Below are positions 52,293 through 64,000 of a stretch of DNA of 64,000 nt, in pieces. The translations under genes and the position numbers were made by a program. How positions within the stretch are numbered: the stretch's first letter is position 1; each line of letters opens with the position of its first letter. Origin of the DNA: Octopus bimaculoides (taxonomy: Eukaryota); the NCBI RefSeq assembly GCF_001194135.2, contig NC_068994.1:55433166-55497165 (forward strand). Direction: 5' to 3'. A model generated the notes under the pieces. It was not told the DNA's origin. It saw only the letters and a program-made list of their open reading frames with translations, and made no database searches.

Positions 52293-53588
52293 TATAAAAC
52301 AAATAATTGCAAGTCAAGCAAGAAAATAAGTTCTTTCTCAAGGATTAGTATAAAAAGAAGTCAATGTTGGGTGTGAAGTGAAAGAAAAAGAAAATGAAGC
52401 GCTGGAAATTGACAATAATAGACACACGAAGAAACAGATATAAGGTGAGAGGTAGAGCGAAGAAGAATATGCGTAAGAAAAAAAACACTAGGAGAAAAAA
52501 CTTTAGAAATTACCAAGAAATAAGGCTTGAAAAGAATAACACTGGAAAATACTAAAACACGGCAAAATGTAGAGGAAGCACAAAAAAAAAAAAAAAAAGA
52601 AAATGAAGGCTACGTATTCATGTTTTAATTATTTTCGTCTACAGATGGCATTCATTAAGGTGTGGAGTGGTTATATCAATGGATACATGCCGAAAAGCTT
52701 CAGAAATTATGTCAAGTGTTTGTGACTAATATCTGCATTACTCAAAGTTTATCTCACATCAAATCTCATCTGATTGTTCAGATATTTCAAGATCTTGACT
52801 GCAAGAGAGCATTTAATCAGTGGGGTTTGATTCAGCCACGTTTAAAATTCCACTCCATAGATTTTCTGTAGCACAAAACCAATCTTAATGGCTTTAGACT
52901 ATCGCTTCACTTGCAATTCTTGTATGTAACGTAATCTTTCGCGTATTTAACAAATACTTATGTTCTATCAAAATAACTCAGCAATATTCTGTCAAGTTTC
53001 AATCCTGGCTGTTTTGGGACTTTGAACAACTTCCTGATGAAATCACCGGCTTCAGCGCCTTTCTCTACTGAATTTACTTTTAAAGTATATTATCAATGAA
53101 AACAACGTTACTCTGAGTTTCATTTAAACTCCACCGAAAATTAGTAATGTCTTGAATTAAATTGTATTGTTATTAGGTTTATATTCATTAGACATATCTG
53201 GACCAATTCTCAGATACTTCCGGCGTGAATAAAATCAAAACGATACTTAACACTGCTTTCAAGTATTGCGTACTTCTTACTTGTCTCGTGGCATCTCTTC
53301 AACACTTTACATTATGCTCACGCATCCTATTATAACATTTCTATTCCATACAGCGTATATCACAGTTCGTGATATAAAGATATACAGTGTATGGTAGAGT
53401 ATTGCTACATTGTCAATCAGTCTTTTTCGGTATTCGTCTCCGTATCAGGAATCATAAAAGAATCAACGCCATTTTAACAATCAGAAGTGGCTTACGTTTG
53501 AATGTTTGAATAATGGGGATCTAAACCACAAAGTCTTTATTAAAATTTTTATTCCCCCTTGACATGTTGTGTGCACCTGTCTACATAA

Positions 53589-53674
<86 letters not shown>

Positions 53675-54475
53675 AACTGTTGAAATATATAACTGTGTAT
53701 ATGTGTATATATATATTCCCGTATATACGTATACATCCCTATCAGTACATACATTCATATATATACATATATATATATATATGAAGATGTCTTGTGTCGA
53801 ATTTCAGCAAACAATGGAGTTATGCCGAGAGTGTCGGAAGAAATTGTTGAAGTGAAGGAAGCACAAACACTAGAATTTAGTTATTTAATATTTTATTGTG
53901 AGTTTAACTATTGATACATTGTTACAGAGATCCATTGTTTACAGAGTAATTAGTTTAGACTTCCTACAATGGTCTATTTAATGAAACAAAGCGAAGCAAA
54001 GATGGCGGAACAAAGACAAGAAACTAACAAACATTCAGAGAATAATGACAAAATTTTAGTAATAATATTAATAATTAGAAAGAAAAGAAAATTTAGAAGT
54101 AGTAAAACAAAGATAATTACATTAGATATTAGGAACATCGTTAGTTCAGTTGTGTTATTACAAGATAAACTTTAAATGTTTATATTTTTTGATGAGAGGT
54201 CAGCAAAACTTCTATAGAGCGTTTTTGGTGTTATGAAAGAAAAAGCTTAAATGATTGGTATTAAGATGGTCATTAAAAAGAACTGATCAGTCAATCGATT
54301 ATCGTATTATTTGATGTTAGTATAATAGATTTAAAAAAAAAAAATCAAACTTCACATCGTTTGATGATTTCCTGTATGCTTCTGTGATTTCGTTATGACT
54401 TGGCAGAGTTTAACGGAGAACGAAAACTTTATAAGTCTATTTATTTATTTCTGGATATTTTATTTAGCAAGTTCT

Positions 54476-54593
<118 letters not shown>

Positions 54594-55781
54594 TGACTAT
54601 CTATTTCTATCCATCTATGTATCCATGTATCTTTATCGATCGTTCAACCTACATATATGCATCTGCATATACATTCATCTATAGATCTATATAATATCTA
54701 TGTATCTATAAACGCGTTGTGTCTATCTGTCTATCATCTCTCAACTCACACATAAATACAAGTACATGCGTACACACAGATACAGACTGACAGACAAACA
54801 CACACATACACAGAGTATTACCAATTAGCTAATCCATACTGTTTTACATATTAAAGATTGATTTAAATTACGAGTGTGCATGACATCCGTCGCAGAAAAC
54901 TAAAATCGTGTTATAGCTATTCTTGTGCCTACTTACTCTGTTGATTCGTTAAGTCAACGCCTCATAACGAAATTTCTATGAGTTTGTGCAGAAATCCTGT
55001 TAAATTTACTACACTTCTACCCAAATATGTGGCCTTTTACATACGTTAGAAGCTCTTATTTTCTTTCTCGGGGTTACTCGATCCCTTGTTCTCTACCATT
55101 CTTCCAGATTTCGGGAACCATAAATGTTGGCACACAGAAATACAATTCCATTCTTTCATATCAATTAGGACAAAGATTAAAAATTTGATACATTTTCAAA
55201 TCGTGAGTGCGGAACACCAAATCGCTTGCCAAGAAATCACACGTCCAATTTTACACTTCATATTCGTTCATTACATCATGCTTACGTCTAGCTGTATCAC
55301 ACTGACAGACATTTTCTCTATCTTGGCTACAATAAGAATCCAGTTAGTCCGGATGTCACTGATGAGTCAGGTATTCGACTGAATTTCGTAAAATTCTAAC
55401 CACTAGTTACATACATACATACATACATACACACATACATACATACATACATACATACATACATACATACATACATACATGCAGACATAAAAATATACAT
55501 ATACATACAGATACATACATACATATATGCATGGGTATGAACATATTCATATGCAAACGTACACATCGCATACAGAATTTATAGGTATATACATACAGAG
55601 ATACATACATACATACATACACCCACACATACATACACACACACATATATGTTTATATAAATGTGTGGGTGGGTGTGTTTTTGTAGATACTTACAAACAA
55701 ACACACATTCACACATACATACATACACATGACAGATCGAAGAGAGAAAACAGAAAGAGAATGAATAAGAACGAGAGAGAA

Positions 55782-55844
<63 letters not shown>

Positions 55845-56245
55845 GAGGAAGAAAGAAAGATTGTGAATACTAATCAATCACATAGCTGTATGTTATAATT
55901 ATCAATATTGCTTTTATTGACGACCTGTCCACAATATACACTGATAAGATATCATACTGTCTTCCCCCACCAATCTTGCTATCATTGAGACCAACGAAAC
56001 TATAACGTCAAATTGATATCAACAATAAGAGAGAATGTAATTATGTTAAATACCATTAAATACTAAGCGTACAACACAGGGTAACATTTATCACACGGCA
56101 TATATTTATGTTGTTCTCAAATAGTAAAGATAACGAGTTTTGTTGTCTGAATACAAGTTGATTGTTGAGAGGTAAATGAAAACAATTCAGATATAACAGC
56201 GAGGGAAATATGTAAAGTAGGCTGCCATATATTGCCTACATACAA

Positions 56246-56397
<152 letters not shown>

Positions 56398-56399
56398 GC

Positions 56400-56437
<38 letters not shown>

Positions 56438-58381
56438 AAACAGCTGTCGAACTAAGTAATTATCTATTCTCTTTTTAGTATTGTGTGTTTTTTATTGTCA
56501 ATGTAAATATGTTAGTATACACACACACACATACACACCCCCACATATGTATGTATGTATGTACATATCTGTGTATGTATGTATGTATGTATGTATGTAT
56601 GTATGTGTGTATGTATGTACATATATGTATATGTATGTATGTATGGATGGATGTGTGTGTTCATAAAGGACAGACTTTATACTGAAGTGATGTAGTCGTC
56701 TTTGTTCATACTCATTTAATAGTTCATTAGTTTCATTCACTGGTTTGCGGTAATGAGAAGGAAACCGCTCCCCCTTGAAGAGTTGCAGTGAATTCTTATC
56801 AACCCCATCTCTGGTACGTATTTTATCGATTTGATCGTTGCCTATTGGTTGAATTGCTAAGTCTCATTATATAAAAAGACCCAAATCGATGGATGCAGTT
56901 ATCGAAGTCGTTATCTCCTCAGCAGTATCGAATCCTGGGAGGAAAAGTTCCGAAGAGGGGAGGAATTACTTCAATTCCAAGCTGTGGTTGATGCCGAATA
57001 TGGATTAACACCATATTGAATATACTTTCCATTTAACAAGGTGTTTTCATTATCTTGTCCTTTGTTCTCTGTCTCTCTGTCTCTCTCTCTATATATATAA
57101 AACTACACACACCCCCACACACGTATATATATATATATATATATATATATNNNNNNNNNNNNNNNNNNNNNNNNNNNNNNNNNNNNNNNNNNNNNNNNNN
57201 NNNNNNNNNNNNNNNNNNNNNNNNNNNNNNNNNNNNNNNNNNNNNNNNNNNNNNNNNNNNNNNNNNNNNNNNNNNNNNNNNNNNNNNNNNNNNNNNNNNN
57301 NNNNNNNNNNNNNNNNNNNNNNNNNNNNNNNNNNNNNNNNNNNNNNNNNNNNNNNNNNNNNNNNNNNNNNNNNNNNNNNNNNNNNNNNNNNNNNNNNNNN
57401 NNNNNNNNNNNNNNNNNNNNNNNNNNNNNNNNNNNNNNNNNNNNNNNNNNNNNNNNNNNNNNNNNNNNNNNNNNNNNNNNNNNNNNNNNNNNNNNNNNNN
57501 NNNNNNNNNNNNNNNNNNNNNNNNNNNNNNNNNNNNNNNNNNNNNNNNNNNNNNNNNNNNNNNNNNNNNNNNNNNNNNNNNNNNNNNNNNNNNNNNNNNN
57601 NNNNNNNNNNNNNNNNNNNNNNNNNNNNNNNNNNNNNNNNNNNNNNNNNNNNNNNNNNNNNNNNNNNNNNNNNNNNNNNNNNNNNNNNNNNNNNNNNNNN
57701 NNNNNNNNNNNNNNNNNNNNNNNNNNNNNNNNNNNNNNNNNNNNNNNNNNNNNNNNNNNNNNNNNNNNNNNNNNNNNNNNNNNNNNNNNNTATATATATA
57801 CATATATATATATACATATATATATATATGGAGTGAGGCAATGGGTAGTTAAGTTTGTTTACTGATTGAGAGTTGTAAAATATCTTTCTGTACAGAATAT
57901 TTAACACGGTATGTTGGTGTTCATACATTATATTTTTTTTAATGTCTTCATACTATTTCTCACATTTAATATAGTTGTGGAATGAAGAATAACAATTTCC
58001 TTGGAATTTCCATGATCCCCTCTGCGTTTATGCACCCGAAAATAACAGCAATAAAAAAAAGAATGAAACAAACAAGGAGGTTAGATAACAATGATAGATT
58101 GAAGGCCAGCAGCCATGAGCTTATGTTCAATTATCTGATCAAACGGCTTTGTAGAACTTATTATATAATATAATATAATATAATATAATATGATATAATA
58201 TGATATAATATGATATATGTATACGTATATATATTTATGTGTGTGTCTGTATATATACGTGTGTGTACATACCTATGTATATGCATGTATACACACACTC
58301 ATACACCACACTCACACACATATATATGTGAGCGGGTAAGTATATGCATAGATACAGATGTGCATGCATATAAAGATATAT

Positions 58382-58645
58382 ATATTCTTTTATTCTTTTA
58401 CTTGTTTTAGTCATTTGACTGCGACCGTGCTGGAGCACCGCCTTTAGTCGAACAAATCGACCGCAGGACTTATTCTTTGGAAGCCTAGTACTTATTCTTT
58501 TGGGTATCTTTTGCCGAACCGCTAAGTTACGGGGATGTAAATACACCCACATCGGTTGTCAAGCGATGGTGGAGTGACAAACACAGACACACACACATTC
58601 ACACACACACATATATATTTACGACAGGCTTGTTTCTGTTTCCGT
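58382..58645 (-). mobile_element. SINE family D 3' half
   Basis: cttttacttgttttagtcatttgactgcgaccgtgctggagcaccgcctttagtcg...gtttccgtc. Confidence 0.85.
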
Positions 58646-60857
58646 CAATCACGAGAAGTGCAGTAGATTTCGTTACAAAATTCTAAATAGATAGATAAAT
58701 CAATACATTTTTACACTTTCTTCATATTTAAATTCTAAAACCTGAAGTGAAGTGGATAACATTTATAAGATTATTGAACGAAAAGCAAAGAATTATGTAG
58801 TTCCGTTTCTCTTCAGAATATTGTTGTGTGGTTACGTCCAAACAATTGAGTTTTAGATTGTAACGATTTACCGAAGTGTAAATATGTACAAAAGAATAGA
58901 AACATATCACCATTGGCAACACCGATAGAAATACAAAATAAAGTAGTGTTTCTTTTGCTTGAATTACCGAGCTCTTGTTTATAATTTAGAGGTTTTAGTT
59001 GTAGCATGGTGTAAGATGAACTATGCCAAACTGATCTGCTCCAGCTAAGTTACATGGAGACAAATTCTTCCGTAGCGTTACATTGAGTTAAGAGAAATTG
59101 TCCAGAAGATAACCGAAGAAGTTACATTCTATTTTCTGCAGTGAATTTTTATGTTCAATTTTTAGAACTCTTTAGTTAGTTCCAAACCGTTCTTTATTTC
59201 TTGTTTAACTGCAAAGTGCAAACGCAAGTTTATCTGGGAGCATGCTAATTTCTATTTTTATTAGAAAACATTATTTTGCTTTCTTTCTTCTCGTTCGTGA
59301 TGCTAACTGGGAAAGATTTACTTTCGTGATTGAGTTGATGCGGAATTGAAAACATTCAAGGAAACAGTGTAATTCTTGATCTCAATATTTTTCCTGAAGA
59401 CCAACAAACCTTTTGGAATTGTAATGAAATGTCGAGAAGTCTGCAACAAAACGTGATTACAAAAACTATTGCTCTTATCCTCCATATCTGAGCATATTAT
59501 ATTGTCTTTCTGTTACTGTGTTTCTGTTTAACGTGTTTTGTGCTAAAAATCTCGATCAGAAATAAATACAGAAAAAGGAACCAAAAATAGAAATGCAAGA
59601 AATGTGTAGGAAATTGATTAGAAAATAAAAAGAAAAAAGAAAAAAAGCAAATGGTTTCTGGTGGAGCTTTTATTGTTATCAAATCCTATACTTCCTAAAA
59701 CAAGACTAGACGCTGCCATGAAAGAAATAAAGCATGATGCGAAACACTGGGTGTATAAAGTTTGATTTACATATCGTCATATAAACGCAAAGAGACGTTA
59801 ATAGAAGTCGCAGTTCCTGACATTTTGGTCTAAAGTTTAAGATTTCTTCGGAGAGAGAAAAAAGAACGAGATTTGCCTGTTGATATTTATTGCCTCTTTT
59901 AATATCTACTTAAAGCAACAACAACAAAAAATAACACATTTTTTTTTAATCAATGGGGAAATTACATTGCTTACATAAAAAATACATTTTTTGTTTGGTT
60001 GTTTGTCTTCCATAAAATTAACACAACATGTCTACTTGTTGTTTGGTTGAAATATTACTAAATTCCGTGTTGTATCGTTCGTTTGATTTTTATGACCTCA
60101 TTGGCCCCTAATCAATAATTGATCCCTTGACCTTTTACTGGTGGATTTTATGACTTTTTAAAACTATTTCATTTCTCCTGTCTTATTACAAACGCACTTA
60201 TATTACATCCACGGCACATTCATTAGATACGACCTTCTCTTTTTCATCTTCATTTCTCAACGATTATTTCTCTCTCTCTGTCTACGTCTCTTTCTCTCTC
60301 TTTTACTATCTGTCTGTCTACTTATCTCACTGTCTGTTTCTCTCTCTCTTCTTCGTTCTCAATTCGCGCTCTATTTAATTGGTTTTGCTCTTTCTAGCTC
60401 GTTCATTCTTTGATTTATCTCAACTTCTACACATCCTCACATTCATTCTGCAACTATCGTTTACACTTCTACACTATCAAGTCACATTAACGATGAATCC
60501 TCCACGTTGGCGCTCGACTTGATGCTGCAACAACCAAATACGCACCACATGACATATAAATATTTATTTAAAACAAACTGAAGGAAACCGTTAGATAGTA
60601 TAATCCTAGATGCGTTATTCTCGCCTCCCACCACAAATACTATATAACCACAGCTGGAATATTGTTTGAGAATATATATCCGTTTGATCACAACTAACGT
60701 CGGCTAAACAACAGCAGCAACAACAGCTACATCTTATCTCTATCTTTGATTTATCTTTATCTTTCGTTTGCTCAGCCCCGCATTTTCCCATTTCCCGGAT
60801 TCTGTGGACAAGACGTCGGTCTGTCTGTTCATCGCAGCATTTTACTCATTTGTTTTC

Positions 60858-60990
60858 GCCAGCTAAGTTGACTGGGGCAACGTGATATGATATGGAGTGT
60901 TTTACCCAAAACCATAACGCATCGCCTGGTCCAGGAGTCGAAACCACAATCTTGCGATCAGGAATGCATCGTTTTATGCACTAAACTATG
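60858..60990 (-). mobile_element. Old SINE family B head
   Basis: gccagctaagttgactggggcaacgtga...ccaggagtcgaaaccacaatcttgcgatc is the reverse complement of a diverged family B head. Confidence 0.55.
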
Positions 60991-61100
60991 AGTCTTCATC
61001 TATAAACACACATACATATATATGTGCATGTATGCTTATACGCATGCATATATATATTTATATACTCACATTTATATATATATATGCATATATATATATA

Positions 61101-61168
<68 letters not shown>

Positions 61169-61647
61169 GATCCATACATATACATACGCGCTCGCACAAT
61201 CACAGAAGCACACAATCGCATTCATATATATGTTTAATATGCAGTCAGTTATCGGTGTACAATCTCGCCACCATATTAAGACGCTTATTGTATCCACTCC
61301 TACTATTCATCTGTCTTCAGTTTCCCACCCATATAATCCAACATTAGGAGCTTAGGAAAGATTAAGATAGGCGAACTGAAACCTAAAAAGTAATATGCAA
61401 GTTTCAATTTCCGAAGCAGAATAAAGTTTCAAAGGAAACGTTTCTATGGATGATGTAATGGTGAGACCGAAAATGGATTCTATACTGAAGAAGAACCGGG
61501 TAGATACCCTAAACTACAACAAATGAAAGCCGATTAGGAAATACCACACACCAACACACCAACTCACACACACTCACATATGCACACACAAGCACATAAA
61601 GCCAATAGATACGCTTTGTACTCATTCTTTACTCAGCAAGAAACTTC

Positions 61648-61763
61648 AACAGGAGTGGTTGTGTGGTAAGTATCTTGCTTACCAACCATATGGTTCCGGG
61701 TTCAGTCCCACAGCGTGGCACCTTAGGCAAGTGTTTTCTACTATAGCCTCAGGCCAACTAAAA
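61648..61763 (+). mobile_element. SINE family D head
   Basis: caggagtggttgtgtggtaagtatcttgcttaccaaccatatggttccgggttcagtccc...ccttaggcaagtgttttctactatagcc. Confidence 0.85.
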
Positions 61764-62392
61764 GTTACGTTGTCTTCTCATTCTTCCAATTCCTCCGCTA
61801 CACTAACAGCCTCTGCTCCTTGAAACTATCTATTTGCAGCCAGTCAACGCTCAGAGTTTACCGGTTATCCTCGTTTCTCTTACTTATTGTCAACCATTCC
61901 GTGTTCTGTTCACATCAACTCTCACCCTATATTACACACTAACACAGAACACCTTCCCTTTTCTCTTCCCAATATATCATTCTCTGGAAATTTGCATCGC
62001 TATTACATTTATCCTACACTCATCCAATTTCATATGTTCATGCTCATTATCAATCGTGTCAATCTTAGAAACCCCATTGGCACAATGAAGACCAGGAACA
62101 TAACACTATCTTCTTAGCTAATCCGTAATCCTACGCCAAAAACAAACAAAACAATATTTATATTCATTCTTCAATACTGAATTCTAATGGACAGATTTTG
62201 TCTTTTATTTTCAATTGTATTGAAAATATTCACATAAAGCTTAATGAATTCATGTCTACTCTAGGCGAAATACCTGATACGAATTGTTAATAGGATTATA
62301 ATTTTGACAACCATTAAACACATCATTAGAATATATATATGCATATATACATAGATAGATACATACATACACAGTCACGTATTATATTATTA

Positions 62393-62560
62393 AAGCGGTG
62401 GGCTAACAGAATCGTTACCTCTGCAGGCAAAATGTTTAGCGGCATTGTTTGCGGCTTTACGTTGTGAGTTCAAATCCCGCCAAGTCGACCTTGGTTTTCA
62501 TCCTTTCGGCGTCGAGTACTGGTATCGAAAATACTGGCCTTGTGCCAAAATTTAAAACCC
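62393..62560 (+). mobile_element. SINE family A copy with internal deletion
   Basis: Head, gagttcaaatcccgccaagtcgac core and tail are present. Confidence 0.8.
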
Positions 62561-62591
62561 TCATATCACATTATACACACACACACACACA

Positions 62592-62659
<68 letters not shown>

Positions 62660-63349
62660 NNNNNNNNNNNNNNNNNNNNNNNNNNNNNNNNNNNNNNNNN
62701 NNNNNNNNNNNNNNNNNNNNNNNNNNNNNNNNNNNNNNNNNNNNNNNNNNNNNNNNNNNNNNNNNNNNNNNNNNNNNNNNNNNNNNNNNNNNNNNNNNNN
62801 NNNNNNNNNNNNNNNNNNNNNNNNNNNNNNNNNNNNNNNNNNNNNNNNNNNNNNNNNNNNNNNNNNNNNNNNNNNNNNNNNNNNNNNNNNNNNNNNNNNN
62901 NNNNNNNNNNNNNNNNNNNNNNNNNNNNNNNNNNNNNNNNNNNNNNNNNNNNNNNNNNNNNNNNNNNNNNNNNNNNNNNNNNNNNNNNNNNNNNNNNNNN
63001 NNNNNNNNNNNNNNNNNNNNNNNNNNNNNNNNNNNNNNNNNNNNNNNNNNNNNNNNNNNNNNNNNNNNNNNNNNNNNNNNNNNNNNNNNNNNNNNNNNNN
63101 NNNNNNNNNNNNNNNNNNNNNNNNNNNNNNNNNNNNNNNNNNNNNNNNNNNNNNNNNNNNNNNNNNNNNNNNNNNNNNNNNNNNNNNNNNNNNNNNNNNN
63201 NNNNNNNNNNNNNNNNNNNNNNNNNNNNNNNNNNNNNNNNNNNNNNNNNNNNNNNNNNNNNNNNNNNNNNNNNNNNNNNNNNNNNNNNNNNNNNNNNNNN
63301 NNNNNNNNNNNNNNNNNNNNNNNNNNNNNNNNNNNNNNNNNNNNNNNNN

Positions 63350-63392
<43 letters not shown>

Positions 63393-64000
63393 TCAGTTAG
63401 AGGTTAAAATATCCGTCTAATGGATAAACTTATCCATTATACTACAGGTATATTATCTATATTTAAACATGAGCAAAAATTTTATGCTCATGAATTATAA
63501 GTAAAGACAAGGATAAACAGGAGTTTATCAGGAATCAAAATTCAAAGAAAACAGAAAATGGAGATATATTAATGAGCAACAATTGATTTGCATCAATTAT
63601 TATTTATTAATTATATCACTTCTCATGGCTATCCGACAAATAAAGAGTCGCAACATCAAAATCCTGAAGCTGCAAGATAAGGCGTACTTGGTTCAAGACA
63701 ATGTGAGGAAATAAAAACGACATACTGACTGCTAAAGCGTTAACGAACGAAGTAACTCTGTTCATAGGACGTAAGGGGAAGCAACCGCTCTGTGTTTCGT
63801 AGCGAATGCGCGTGGAATGCCAAAAGTATAATAAACGAGAAATCCAAATCAGCACCCTGCCCCCCCCCCAAAAAAAAATCGAAATTGGATGAAACAAGTT
63901 TGACCCAGGTTTCTCTCCTCTGTAACAGTTTACTTGTTGCACGAAGCTACTCAACAAAACATTCTATAATTCTGAATGTTTTATTTTTTGTATTTTGACT

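Noticed and set aside
53998-54010. YY1-like aagatggcgg as a promoter or start site
   Set aside because: It is an isolated motif, and the downstream ORF is low-complexity with no donor site.
55359-55390. CTGATGA hammerhead candidate
   Set aside because: There is no GAAA after stem II and no stem I or NUH site.
61770-62120. Possible decayed LINE fragment
   Set aside because: The strand skew is suggestive, but no diagnostic motif was recovered.

Overview
AT-rich, repeat-saturated eukaryotic DNA from a gapped short-read assembly (14 N-runs, almost all flanked by microsatellites). The SINE families and microsatellite load look like an octopus (coleoid cephalopod) genome; this is recognition from memory, not a database result. 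I can support no intact protein-coding gene, tRNA, rRNA or CRISPR array. Nearly all ORF-track entries are microsatellite or N-run artefacts. The window reads as intronic or intergenic and holds about 40 copies or fragments of four tRNA-derived SINE families that share modules, a TA-flanked mariner derivative, mariner and RTE-LINE coding remnants, and a Penelope-like (PLE) reverse transcriptase fragment with a YRDE catalytic motif. The most interesting signals are (i) three unrelated minus-strand motifs with the layout of minimal type-I hammerhead ribozymes (palindromic stem III), two with non-canonical cores and one fused directly to the PLE RT fragment, and (ii) long hairpins in unique sequence at 32.3-32.5 kb, 34.1-34.2 kb and 20.0 kb that are candidate miRNA precursors or ADAR substrates.
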